Counted from the stretch's first letter, positions 32,287 to 42,153 are shown. The stretch is 64,000 bases of DNA from Spirochaetota bacterium (GCA_965205605.1 CBDBHE010000007.1:608001-672000); one strand, 5' to 3'. Made by a program: numbers and translations. The notes: generated by a model from the sequence alone, not told the origin.

Positions 32287-33102
32287 TTATTTTCCTTTGA
32301 GATACTGGATGGCATTGTAAAAAAGAAGCATTCCCAGCCCATCATTTTTTTTCAGTTCCTTTTGAATTTTATAGTCTATTGCTTGTTTTTTCCAATTGGG
32401 ATGGTGTTGTTGTATCATATAAACTTCAGGATGAGGCATGAGACCTAAAATATTTCCTTTTGGATTGGTGATCCCAGCCATAGCTGCAGTAGACCCATTG
32501 GGATTATGGGGATATTGCATTGTTTTTTTGTTTTTTTGGTTTGCATAAAAAAAGGCAATGAGATTATTTTGTTTGATTTTTTTTAAAGTTTTTCTGTGGT
32601 CAAACAAACATCGTCCTTCAGCATGTCTTACAGGTAATGGAAGGTGGGGAGGAAAATTTTTAATCCAAAAAGAGGTGTTTTTTTGATTTACTTTAAGATT
32701 AACCCATCTATTTTCAAACTGATTTTTTTTATTTTTCCATAAAGCTATTTTTTCAATGGGTTTATTTTCATCAAAAGGGAGGAATCCCAAACAAGCTAAT
32801 GTTTGAAATCCATTACAGATTCCTAAGATAGGCTTGTTAGAGTTTGCAAATTGGAGCAACTGATCTAAAAGCTTCAATTTTAATTTATTGGCAAACACTC
32901 TACCAGAACCTAAATGATCTCCATAAGAAAATCCTCCCGCTAAAGCTAAAATATCATATTTTTTTAAACATTCTTTATTGGCGATGATTTCATTGATGTG
33001 TTTGATGTCTGTTAAACTGCCTGTTTTTTTAAAACATTGGGCCAGTTCTGCTTCGCTGTTAATCCCATAACCTGTAAAAATAAGCGTTTTAATTGGTTTC
33101 AT
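32287..33102 (-). CDS. purQ: Phosphoribosylformylglycinamidine synthase glutaminase subunit
   Basis: GGFSYGD, LGICNGFQ, HAEG, NPNGS, GLMPHPE. Confidence 0.95.
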   Translation of the reverse strand: MKPIKTLIFTGYGINSEAELAQCFKKTGSLTDIKHINEIIANKECLKKYDILALAGGFSYGDHLGSGRVFANKLKLKLLDQLLQFANSNKPILGICNGFQTLACLGFLPFDENKPIEKIALWKNKKNQFENRWVNLKVNQKNTSFWIKNFPPHLPLPVRHAEGRCLFDHRKTLKKIKQNNLIAFFYANQKNKKTMQYPHNPNGSTAAMAGITNPKGNILGLMPHPEVYMIQQHHPNWKKQAIDYKIQKELKKNDGLGMLLFYNAIQYLKGK

Positions 33103-33129
33103 TAATGATGAGTAAGTGGTTTTGTTAAC

Positions 33130-36102
33130 CTAAAAAGATAAAGCTTTTTGCCAATTTTTTTTTAATGTAGAAAGCTTTGCATGGATTAAGGTTTTTTTTT
33201 TTGAAATCACTTTTAGTTTTTTTGAATGATTGGTTTTCCCAAGTAAAGTTAAAGAAGTTTTTTGCAATTGTTTTAAAAATTTTTTTTTATTTTTTTGAGA
33301 AACTTCAACAATAAATCGTCCTTGAGTTTCTGAATACATCTTCTCTAAATCTGTTAAATTGACTTCTAAAGCATCTAAATTAATACAAAGTCCACGCATT
33401 CCCCCAAAAGCACATTCTGCTAAAGCAATGATGAGTCCCCCGTCACTTAAGTCATGACAGGCAAGGATTAAACCTTCTTTAATCGCTTTATGAAGTTTTG
33501 TATAAAGCAAATAATTTTTTTTACGGTTAACTTTAGGGGTCTGCCCTCCTTGTAATTGTAAAGCTTGATAACATTCGCTTCCTCCCATTTCATTTTGAGT
33601 GCTTCCTAAAAGATACACATAGGAGTCAGTTTGCTTGAAATCAGAAGTGACGACTTGGTTGATATTTTCAATTATCCCTAAGGTACTAATCAGTAAAGTC
33701 GGTGGGATAGAGATTTTTTTTCCCCCTTCAATATAGTCATTTTTCATTGAATCTTTTCCTGAAATAAGAGGAAGCTCATAATCAAGACAAATCTCACTGA
33801 GTCCTTTAGCACATCGCACTAGTTTGGCTAGTTTTTCTTTTCCATCGGGTGTTTTTTCAGAAAAGACTGGATCAGGCCAACAAAAATTATCGAGTCCTGA
33901 AATTGTCTTTGGATCTCCCCCCACAGAGACAATATTTCTAACGGCTTCATCAAGGGCACACTGAGCCATATCATAAGGATCTCCTTGGCTATATTTTGGG
34001 GCAATGCCATTGGCAACAACAACACCTTGGTCGGAGTCATACACTGGTTTTAAAACTGCTGCGTCCATAGGGGCACTATTTTCAATCCCCCCAAAAGGTT
34101 TTAAAATATTTTTTCCTTGTACTTCGTGGTCGTACTGACGGACCCAAGTTTCTTTAGAAGCAATGTTAGGCCTACTTAAAATTGTTTTTAAAAAAAAAAA
34201 ATGGTTTTTTATTTTGATTTTTTTTTTAAAGTCATTCGTTGTTTCAATCGGTTTCCAAATGGCTTTTAGAAAAAGAGGTTTGAGTCCTTCGTGCAAAAAA
34301 TCCATTGAAAGAAAACAAACAATTTGATGCTTGTAATAAACTGAAAAGTAATTTGAAGCCGTAAAATGACCAATAACACTAATTTCTACGTCGTGTTTTT
34401 TTGCTAAAGTTTTTAAAGCTTCTTTTTTTTTAGGAGAAACAACTAACGTCATTCTTTCTTGAGCTTCAGAAATCAGGATTTCCCAAGGCATCAATCCTTG
34501 GTATTTTAAAGGGGCTTTTTCTAAATGGACTTCACATCCTTTTGATAAAATAGCAAGCTCTCCAACGGAGCTCGATAATCCCCCCGCTCCATTATCTGTT
34601 AAAGTCCGGTAAAGTCCAAGATCACGAGCTTCTAAAAGGTAATCCATCATTTTTTTTTGAGTCATTGGATCTCCAATTTGTACCGCTGATGAAGGGGAAG
34701 TTTCACTTAAAGATTCGGATGAAAAAGTGGCTCCATGAATACCATCTTTGCCAATCCTCCCTCCTATCATTACAATTAAGTCTCCTTCTTTAATACTTTT
34801 TTTTTCACTTCTTTGCCCTTTGATCTTAAGAGGAATCAATCCCCCCGATCCGCAAAAAACAAGAGGTCTTCCTAAATATCTTTCATCAAAAATCATCGCT
34901 CCATTCACAGTTGGGATCCCTAATTGATTGCCTCCATCTTGAATACCTCGATGGACTTCTTTTAACATTCTTTTTGGAGCAATGATTTTTTTTTCTTCTT
35001 TCCTTTTTTTATTAGGATCTGCAAAGCATAAAATATTAGTATTAAAAATAGGTTTTGCTCCAATGCCCGTGCCTATGATATCTCGATTAACCCCTAAAAT
35101 CCCTGTAATCGCTCCCCCGTAAGGCTCTAGTGCTGAAGGAGCGTTGTGTGTTTCTGCTTTCACACAAATCCCATAAGTTTCATCAAATTTAAAAATTCCT
35201 CCATTATCTGAAAAAGCTGACAAAATGTCTTTACGTTTTTTCATGATTTTTAAAGATGGATTTTTAATAAAAGTTTGATAAATAGACTCAATGCGTTCTT
35301 TTTTTCCTACTTCATTATAATCAATCGTTGCTGAAAAAATTTTATGTTTACAATGTTCGCTCCAAGTTTGAGCTAAGGCTTCTATTTCTACATCTGTTGG
35401 GTTTTTACAGATTCCTTTTTTTTTTCTTTGTTGCTCCACTTCTTTTTGTTTGTAATAATTTTGAATGCATTTCATTTCTTTTAGACTAAGGGACAAGCAT
35501 CTTTTAGATGATAAATCTTTGAGCTTGTTGTCACTTTGATGAATGTCGATTTCTTGGTAAAGTTTTTTTATTTTAAAAAAAATTGGTTTTGATTTTTTTT
35601 TAAAAAATTGATTTTCTTTCCACTCTTTTTTAGAAAAATAATTTAAGTTTTCAATTAGAGGATTGTAATAGTTGGTGATTAAAAAATTTTTAAGCTCAAT
35701 TACTGAATGTTTTGATTTAATAAAATAAATTTTAGAAGTTTTAATGTTGGCTTCTCTATCAAAATCATCTTCTAAAAGATCTTTAATGCCTTCAAAAACA
35801 GTTTTACTTAAATTGTTGGTAACACCTTCTTTAAAACTAATTTCAAAAGACGCATCAAAAAAAAGATTTTTAGGAGATTCGTTAATGTAATAATCTTCTA
35901 AAATCGGATTGCTTAAAAGAGAACAAGCAATTTGTTTGATTTGTTTTTTATTATAGAGAGCGTTGATCTCATAAGTTTTAAAAATTTCGATTGATTTAAC
36001 GGTGATTTTTTTTAATTCTTTTTGAACCTGATTTGTATTTTTTTTTTTTTCTTCTTTTCGTATGATTTTTTTTGGGACAATAATGATTTTATAAGTTGGC
36101 AT
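33130..36102 (-). CDS. purL: Phosphoribosylformylglycinamidine synthase PurL with N-terminal PurS-like domains
   Basis: N-terminal L.NPI repeats, QTWSEHCKH, ETHNAPS, DGIHGATFSS, DNGAGGLSSS, QYDHEVQ, ISGKDSM, HDLSDGG. Confidence 0.95.
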   Translation of the reverse strand: MPTYKIIIVPKKIIRKEEKKKNTNQVQKELKKITVKSIEIFKTYEINALYNKKQIKQIACSLLSNPILEDYYINESPKNLFFDASFEISFKEGVTNNLSKTVFEGIKDLLEDDFDREANIKTSKIYFIKSKHSVIELKNFLITNYYNPLIENLNYFSKKEWKENQFFKKKSKPIFFKIKKLYQEIDIHQSDNKLKDLSSKRCLSLSLKEMKCIQNYYKQKEVEQQRKKKGICKNPTDVEIEALAQTWSEHCKHKIFSATIDYNEVGKKERIESIYQTFIKNPSLKIMKKRKDILSAFSDNGGIFKFDETYGICVKAETHNAPSALEPYGGAITGILGVNRDIIGTGIGAKPIFNTNILCFADPNKKRKEEKKIIAPKRMLKEVHRGIQDGGNQLGIPTVNGAMIFDERYLGRPLVFCGSGGLIPLKIKGQRSEKKSIKEGDLIVMIGGRIGKDGIHGATFSSESLSETSPSSAVQIGDPMTQKKMMDYLLEARDLGLYRTLTDNGAGGLSSSVGELAILSKGCEVHLEKAPLKYQGLMPWEILISEAQERMTLVVSPKKKEALKTLAKKHDVEISVIGHFTASNYFSVYYKHQIVCFLSMDFLHEGLKPLFLKAIWKPIETTNDFKKKIKIKNHFFFLKTILSRPNIASKETWVRQYDHEVQGKNILKPFGGIENSAPMDAAVLKPVYDSDQGVVVANGIAPKYSQGDPYDMAQCALDEAVRNIVSVGGDPKTISGLDNFCWPDPVFSEKTPDGKEKLAKLVRCAKGLSEICLDYELPLISGKDSMKNDYIEGGKKISIPPTLLISTLGIIENINQVVTSDFKQTDSYVYLLGSTQNEMGGSECYQALQLQGGQTPKVNRKKNYLLYTKLHKAIKEGLILACHDLSDGGLIIALAECAFGGMRGLCINLDALEVNLTDLEKMYSETQGRFIVEVSQKNKKKFLKQLQKTSLTLLGKTNHSKKLKVISKKKTLIHAKLSTLKKNWQKALSF

Positions 36103-36449
36103 CAAATTTTTCTTTGATTAAAAAATTTTATTGTATCTTTAAAATAGTAAAAATAGGATTTTTCTCTCGTGTTTTTTTATATTTTCTGTTAAACAAAAAT
36201 AGAATGATGATTTATTTTTTCTATCATAAGAGTTGTTAAAAAAGAAAAATTGATTTGATGATTTGTTTTTTGAGATTAATTTTTTTTCTTAATAGCGACA
36301 AGATCTTATTACAGCTGAAAATCGTTTTGCAGAAAGTAAAATATTTGTCTTTGTAAAGGGTTTTTTGTCATGAAATGAACTAATCAATTTTTAATTTCTA
36401 AGAGATGGATTCTTCTTTTTTTAAAAGTATCTAATAACCAAAAGTTGTC

Positions 36450-36478
36450 TTGAATAAATTATCGGCTCATTATAAGAT
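36450..36478 (+). promoter_or_regulatory. Putative sigma70 promoter for fabV
   Basis: TTGAAT (36450-36455), 17 bp, TAAGAT (36473-36478). Confidence 0.45.
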
Positions 36479-36534
36479 AGATTTTAGAAATACTTTTTTT
36501 TTTAAAAAAACATTATTTCTAAGATTTAACAAAA

Positions 36535-37743
36535 ATGATCGTTAAACCTAAAGTCAGGGGATTTATTTGTACCACCGCTCATCCAAAAGGGTGTGAAGTC
36601 AGTGTGAAAAAACAAATCGATTATATCAAACAAAAATCAGTAGACTCTACAGGTCATCATTTTAAAAACATTCTTGTCATTGGGTGCTCCATGGGTTATG
36701 GGTTAGCTTCTCGTATTGCTCTTGGTTTTGGGCATAAAGCGGCAACTTTAGGCGTTTGTTTTGAAAGAGAACCTAAAGAAAATAAAATCGCTACAGCGGG
36801 TTGGTATCATACAATTGCTTTTCATCAGTTTGCTAAAGATGACAATCTATATGCCAAAACTTTAAATGGAGATGCTTTTTCTAAAGAAATGAAATCAAAG
36901 GTCATTTCTGTGATTAAAGAGGATTTGGGTAAAATCGACTTAATGATTTATAGCTTGGCTTCTCCAAAGAGAAAAGATCCTATCAGTGAACAAGTGTATT
37001 CATCTGTTTTAAAACCGATTAAGCAAGAATTTTCAAATAAAACGGTCAATACCACCACGGGTGAAGTCGTTCAAATGTCTGTTTCTCCTGCTAGTGAAAA
37101 AGAAATCCATGATACAATTAAAGTGATGGGGGGCGAAGATTGGAAGCTTTGGGTTGAAATGATGAAAGCGGGTGGTGTTTTACAAGAAGGGTTTAAAACG
37201 ATTGCTTATTCGTATATAGGGCCTAAGGTTACCCAGCCTATTTATCGAAATGGGACAATTGGAAAAGCTAAAGAAAATCTCGAAGAAAGTGTTGCTGATC
37301 TTAATGAAACGTTAAGTGAGGTTAAAGGCTCTGCGTATGTGTCAGTCAATAAAGCTTTGGTGACACAGGCTTCTTCGGCGATACCTGTTTTGCCTCTTTA
37401 CATTGCTATTTTGTTTAAAGTGATGAAAGCAAATAATACCCATGAAGGGTGTATCGAACAAATGTACCGTTTGTTTTTTGAAAAAATGCATCAGGACACT
37501 TTTAAAGTAGATAGTGATTTTTCGTTAATACGTTTAGATGATTTTGAAATGCAAGAGAGCGTTCAAGCAAAAGTTGATCGTCTTTGGCAAGAAGTTAACA
37601 GTGAAAATGTTATGAATTTAACGGATTTAGAAGGGTATCGAAAGGAATTTTTAAAACTTTTTGGTTTTGAGTTTTCAGTTGTTAATTATGAAGCAGAGGT
37701 TTCTGTTGCCCTCTTTGATCATGAAAATTTTTTTTCGGTGTGA
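36535..37743 (+). CDS. fabV: Enoyl-ACP reductase FabV / trans-2-enoyl-CoA reductase
   Basis: PKVRGFICTTAHP.GC, GCSMGYGLASR, NGDAFS, YSLASP, VMGGEDW, Y-x8-K (YRNGTIGKAK), VTQASSAIP. Confidence 0.95.
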   Translation: MIVKPKVRGFICTTAHPKGCEVSVKKQIDYIKQKSVDSTGHHFKNILVIGCSMGYGLASRIALGFGHKAATLGVCFEREPKENKIATAGWYHTIAFHQFAKDDNLYAKTLNGDAFSKEMKSKVISVIKEDLGKIDLMIYSLASPKRKDPISEQVYSSVLKPIKQEFSNKTVNTTTGEVVQMSVSPASEKEIHDTIKVMGGEDWKLWVEMMKAGGVLQEGFKTIAYSYIGPKVTQPIYRNGTIGKAKENLEESVADLNETLSEVKGSAYVSVNKALVTQASSAIPVLPLYIAILFKVMKANNTHEGCIEQMYRLFFEKMHQDTFKVDSDFSLIRLDDFEMQESVQAKVDRLWQEVNSENVMNLTDLEGYRKEFLKLFGFEFSVVNYEAEVSVALFDHENFFSV

Positions 37744-37752
37744 TTTTTTTAA

Positions 37753-37780
37753 TTGAAAAAAATGAAAATTCTTTTATAAT
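37753..37780 (+). promoter_or_regulatory. Putative sigma70 promoter for the 37.8-kb lipoprotein gene/cluster
   Basis: TTGAAA (37753-37758), 16 bp, TATAAT (37775-37780). Confidence 0.5.
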
Positions 37781-37816
37781 TAAGCAAAGAAAAGAAAAAA
37801 GTCAGAAAAAGGCATC

Positions 37817-38290
37817 ATGTTTAATTTTTTTTTAAGAAAGTTTTATTTATTATATTTATTAATAGGGGTTTTAATGGTTTCTTGTGGGCTGGATCCTTTG
37901 GGGGATTCTAGCGATTATAGAATAGTTATTAGCAATGCGCATGGGACTATAGATAGAGGAGGAGGAACATTTGAGTATGGTTTTACGATTGAAAATCAAG
38001 GAATTGTTGCTGCCACTCAATTAGAGATTATTGTTAGGTTTAGCTTTAATGATGGTTTTCAAACAGGTTCTCAAGATAATTTAGCTACATATACGATGAT
38101 TTTGGATGTAGGTGAATCAGATACATTAGATTTTATCTTTACAGATGGTGAACTTAGCGGTTCTTTTTCTATTGATGATTTAGTGGGAGCTAGAGTCATA
38201 GCCGTGCGATTTTTTAATATTGAAGAAAGCTCGAGTGTTCTATTTGAAAATACGTATCAAGGAATTGAAGGTCAAATTCCAATTAATTAA
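37817..38290 (+). CDS. Hypothetical acidic lipoprotein, probable Ig-like (CARDB/FxLYD-like) beta-sandwich
   Basis: Signal peptide with lipobox LMVSC23; TIENQG..A...V.F and LDVGES..F patterns typical of CARDB-like domains. Confidence 0.7.
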   Translation: MFNFFLRKFYLLYLLIGVLMVSCGLDPLGDSSDYRIVISNAHGTIDRGGGTFEYGFTIENQGIVAATQLEIIVRFSFNDGFQTGSQDNLATYTMILDVGESDTLDFIFTDGELSGSFSIDDLVGARVIAVRFFNIEESSSVLFENTYQGIEGQIPIN

Positions 38291-38370
38291 TCGTTTTTTT
38301 ATAATTTTTTTTAATAAGAATCTTTCAAACCAATCAATCAATCTTTTTTTACAAAAAACCTCAAATAAAG

Positions 38371-39300
38371 TTGAATCAACTTTCTTTAAAATCCTTTTTT
38401 CAAACCTACCCATATAAGCAGTTTCAACAATTTTTTTCAAAAATTAATCAATCTATTGTCGCAGAAAATCAACTCAATTCTTTTTTAAAAGACCCCATTT
38501 GCTTTATTTTAGAAGACAACAATACAGGTCTTTATCAAGGGATTGCTTCGATGGCTTTTTTTCCTATGACCAGTATTGCTTTTTCGATGCAATGTTTTCT
38601 TTTAAAAAATTTCTTTGTTAAAAAACCAACCCAAGCTCTTTATGATCAACTTTTAGAAGGGCTTTTAAAAAAAACTAAAAATCAAGTAGATTTTATTATT
38701 TCTAGGCAACCTGTCGATAATGTTTTAGGTATCAAAGCTCTTTGTTTAAAAAATTTTTACTACGTTTGTATGGAATCAGTGTTTACTCTTCCTTTAGAGC
38801 AAGTTACTTTTGAAAATCTCGAAAGTTTTAACCATATAACCATGGCAGAAGAAAAAGACTTAGATGTTGTTTTTGATTTAGCAAAAAAAAATCATGCTGA
38901 AAACCGTTATCTTTATGATGGTTTTTTTGATCCAACTAAAGTCCAAGATCTTTATCAACAAGTAATACGGCAAAGTTATCAAAAAAGTAATCAAGCTTTA
39001 TTTGTTTATCGACTAAAAAAAAAAATTATCGGTTTTATTACCACCATTAAAAATCAATCTTTAAGTCAGCAAATGGGTTTTGGGTACGGGAGTTTAGATT
39101 ATATTGTTGTTGATAAAGAGTTTCAAAAGCAAAATATCGGGTATTTTTTAAATGCGTATGCTTTAAAAGACTTGTATAAAAAAGGGGTTTTGTTTGCTTC
39201 TGTTAAAACAATGGCCAGTAATTATAAAGCGATTAAGCTTTTACACAAAAATGGGTTTACATTAACGTCTCAAAATGTTCTTCTTCATTGGAAAAACTGA
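38371..39300 (+). CDS. GNAT N-acetyltransferase, C-terminal domain WecD-like
   Basis: NRYLYD..FD.TK..DLY, IIGFIT, acetyl-CoA motif VDKEFQKQNIG, N.KAI.L..KNGF; TTG start. Confidence 0.78.
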   Translation: MNQLSLKSFFQTYPYKQFQQFFSKINQSIVAENQLNSFLKDPICFILEDNNTGLYQGIASMAFFPMTSIAFSMQCFLLKNFFVKKPTQALYDQLLEGLLKKTKNQVDFIISRQPVDNVLGIKALCLKNFYYVCMESVFTLPLEQVTFENLESFNHITMAEEKDLDVVFDLAKKNHAENRYLYDGFFDPTKVQDLYQQVIRQSYQKSNQALFVYRLKKKIIGFITTIKNQSLSQQMGFGYGSLDYIVVDKEFQKQNIGYFLNAYALKDLYKKGVLFASVKTMASNYKAIKLLHKNGFTLTSQNVLLHWKN

Positions 39301-40765
39301 ACGTTCTTTATTTTTAAGAAAAATTAGAAAATTTTTATTTTTTAAAAATAATAAATTTCTTTGGTATCTTAGTTTTTATTTAATTTTTAATATTTTTTTT
39401 CTTGTTTTTTTGTTTTCAAATTTTTTTGAAAACTTTTTCAAAAATAGACATTATTTAAACAATCACAAAATTATTTCTGAGCAAAATACCCAGCTTCCTC
39501 AAGCAACGACTTTTTCTCATGAGCCAACATCCACTCACTTTTCTTTTGAAACCTATCCTTCTAAGTCACAAAATGGTTTAAATTTAAAAGAAAACGCTAT
39601 TCATGATGAAAATTTTTTTTTATTAACGTCTCTTTCAAATCATTCGGGTTTAGAATTTTTAAAATATGAACATCAAAAAATTTATGACTTAAAGTTTGCA
39701 AATGATTTAGAAAAAGTTTCTTTTTTAAAAATTTATGTTTTGGTAGAATTTAAAAAAGAATTCACTGCTAAGCACTTTAACATTATGAATCAATATGGCT
39801 TTCAGCTTGTTAAAAAAAAAATGGCTAAAAATCTTAATAAAAAAATAGCGATTTTTTATGTTAAATATCAATTTTTAAAAAGAGGTAAACATCTTTCTTT
39901 TGTTAAAGATATTTATATTTTAAAGTCTTTTGTTGCAGAAGGGTATTATCAATTAAAAGTCATTCCACAAAAAAATCTTGATAAAATTGAATTTCTTTTT
40001 CATTTGCCTTATTCAAAACCGGGTAGAAAACTTTTGATGAAAGAAATTTCTATTTTTAGAAGTGATGGGAATATAGAAAATATTGAAGAAGACTCCATTT
40101 TAAAGATTTATTCTTCTTTAAAAAAAGAAGAGCCTTTAGTTTTTTTTTGTAAGTTTAAGTATTTTATTGATCTTGAGGAAATCATGAGGCATGATATTAA
40201 TGTTGTCGGTCATGATATTTCTTTAGAAGGTTATAAAAAATTAGTTAGTAAAGATCCCATTTATTCGACGTTTACTTCTTTTTCTGATAAAATCATGAAA
40301 ACAAAATATGTGGATGAAATCACAGCAAAGCTTCCTAAAAAAGCAACTTTAGCTGATATTTGGAAAGCCATCACAAAGGAATTAGATCAAGATATTCGCT
40401 ATGATTGGAAAAAAAGAAAATTATTTTTTTCTGGAAATTTACCTTATGTTAATATTCAAGACATGTATTTAACCACAGAAGAAATAGGAAAAAGAAAAAT
40501 GGGAGCTTGCCCAGAGAGGTCTTCTTTAGAAGCGGCTATTTTAAGAAATTTAGGAATTCCTGCTAGGACTGTTACTCGGTTGTATCATATTTATGTAGAA
40601 GTTTATTTTCCAAAAATAGGATGGGTGTCGACTTCTTGTAATATCGAAGAGATCCCGCTTTGTGAATCGTTAGATGAAAAACAATCTTATTTTGTTTTTT
40701 GGAAACCAGAACATCCTATTCGGCTAAAGTGGGAAGGTATTTTTTATCCTTCTATTTCTCTTTAG
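39275..40765 (+). CDS. Membrane-anchored transglutaminase-like (Cys protease fold) protein
   Basis: N-terminal TM helix; C-terminal IRYD...GACPERSSL.AAILRNLGIPAR...HIYVEVYFPKIGW core. Confidence 0.78.
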   Translation: MFFFIGKTERSLFLRKIRKFLFFKNNKFLWYLSFYLIFNIFFLVFLFSNFFENFFKNRHYLNNHKIISEQNTQLPQATTFSHEPTSTHFSFETYPSKSQNGLNLKENAIHDENFFLLTSLSNHSGLEFLKYEHQKIYDLKFANDLEKVSFLKIYVLVEFKKEFTAKHFNIMNQYGFQLVKKKMAKNLNKKIAIFYVKYQFLKRGKHLSFVKDIYILKSFVAEGYYQLKVIPQKNLDKIEFLFHLPYSKPGRKLLMKEISIFRSDGNIENIEEDSILKIYSSLKKEEPLVFFCKFKYFIDLEEIMRHDINVVGHDISLEGYKKLVSKDPIYSTFTSFSDKIMKTKYVDEITAKLPKKATLADIWKAITKELDQDIRYDWKKRKLFFSGNLPYVNIQDMYLTTEEIGKRKMGACPERSSLEAAILRNLGIPARTVTRLYHIYVEVYFPKIGWVSTSCNIEEIPLCESLDEKQSYFVFWKPEHPIRLKWEGIFYPSISL

Positions 40766-40799
40766 AGTTTTAATTTTTTATTAATTAGAGGTTTATTTT

Positions 40800-41735
40800 T
40801 TGAACATTAAAAACTATTTAAAACAAACCAAACAATCTTTCCCTCAAAAAGGCAAAATATTGCAAACTGTTTTTTTAATTACCCATAAAAATTGTTTAGA
40901 TGGGTCGGCTTGTGCTGTTGTTTTAAGCACGATTTTTAAAAACTTAAAAATTTTTTTTACTCATCAAAATAGTGTTAGTTTTATTTTTAATAAAATTAAT
41001 GAAAAGGTAGAGAAAGAAGATCTTGTAATTTTAGCGGATGTTTGTTGTGATCAAAACTTCTTTTTAAAAATGAGTCGTCTTTTAAAAGAGAAACAAGTTT
41101 TTATAAAAGTGTATGAACACCATGAAAGCACAAAATGGTTAGAAAAGATGAATATGAAAAAAAACCCTGGTGATGTTGAAATTCTTTATGATAAAGCAAG
41201 ATCGGCTTCTAAGATTTTATTTGATCATTTTCTTTCATCTTACCGAAACTTAGAAAAATATAAAGATTTTATCGAGCTTGTCAATGATCGAGATTTGTGG
41301 CTAGGGAAAAACCCACTAGCAGTTTCTTTAGCGCATTTACATCAGATTTATGGAGACAAAGCTTTTGTAAATCGATTTTTAAAAAACCCTTTTCTTGATT
41401 TTACGGATAAAGAAACCATTCTTTTAGAGTATCAAAAAAAAAAAGAAGCTAAAAAAAATAACATTCTCTTATCAAGGATGATTTTTAAAACCAATGAAGA
41501 AGGATTTAAATATGGCTTAGTTTATGGAGAAGGCAGTGGGTCTGATTTATTAAATGAAGCGATTAAACGTTTTGGTTTAGAGTATGCTATACTAGTCAAT
41601 CTTAATATGCAAAGGGTTAGTTTGCGTAGTAAAGGCAATTTTGATTGCGCCCAGTTTTCTTCTCGTTATGGAGGAGGAGGGCATAAGAGAGCGAGTGGGT
41701 TTTTATTAAATGATTTTAAACCCCCTGTTTTTTAA
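40800..41735 (+). CDS. DHH/DHHA1 family phosphoesterase (NrnB/oligoribonuclease-like)
   Basis: THKNCLDG, LADV, EHH in the DHH position, NDRDLW, SLRS, GGGGHKRASG. Confidence 0.85.
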   Translation: MNIKNYLKQTKQSFPQKGKILQTVFLITHKNCLDGSACAVVLSTIFKNLKIFFTHQNSVSFIFNKINEKVEKEDLVILADVCCDQNFFLKMSRLLKEKQVFIKVYEHHESTKWLEKMNMKKNPGDVEILYDKARSASKILFDHFLSSYRNLEKYKDFIELVNDRDLWLGKNPLAVSLAHLHQIYGDKAFVNRFLKNPFLDFTDKETILLEYQKKKEAKKNNILLSRMIFKTNEEGFKYGLVYGEGSGSDLLNEAIKRFGLEYAILVNLNMQRVSLRSKGNFDCAQFSSRYGGGGHKRASGFLLNDFKPPVF

Positions 41736-41760
41736 TTGTTATTAATTAGATTGACTAAAA

Positions 41761-42153
41761 ATGTTTACTAAAAAAGTAAGGGAATTTACAAAAGCGTGTG
41801 AAGAAAACCTTCCTTCCAAGCCGATGATGATCCCAAAAGAGAAAATTAATTTTGTCGGACAAATGGTCTTTGATGAGATCGAAGAGCTTAAAGGATCAAC
41901 AACGATTTCTGAACAAGCGGATGCTTTAGTTGATGCGATGTATTACCTTCTTGATACAGCGGTGAAGCATGGGATGAATTTAGATCCTATTTTTGATATT
42001 GTTCATGAGACTAATTTGAAAAAAATTGTTAATGGTAAAGTCTTAAGAAGAGAAGATGGAAAAGTCATCAAACCTAAAGATTGGCAAGATCCGAATGTTC
42101 TTATTAAAAAAGAAATTCAAAGACAACAAAATGAAGGTTCGTTTATTTCTTAA
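41761..42153 (+). CDS. MazG-like / PRA-PH-family all-alpha NTP pyrophosphohydrolase (DR2231-like)
   Basis: VREF, DEIEEL, EQADALVDAMYY, FDIVHETNLKK, RREDGKVIKPKDW. Confidence 0.85.
   Translation: MFTKKVREFTKACEENLPSKPMMIPKEKINFVGQMVFDEIEELKGSTTISEQADALVDAMYYLLDTAVKHGMNLDPIFDIVHETNLKKIVNGKVLRREDGKVIKPKDWQDPNVLIKKEIQRQQNEGSFIS

Noticed and set aside
33130-36105. PurS-PurL fusion as a novelty
   Set aside because: Large PurL with N-terminal PurS-like domains and separate PurQ is a known architecture
36258-36371. Tiny ORFs (about 32 aa on +, 20 aa on -) or a purine/ZTP riboswitch upstream of purL
   Set aside because: No SD or recognisable peptide, and no riboswitch consensus seen; kept only as part of the intergenic finding
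38220-38440. 65-66 aa ORFs bridging the lipoprotein and GNAT genes
   Set aside because: Overlap both flanking genes; low-complexity K/F/I/N sequence
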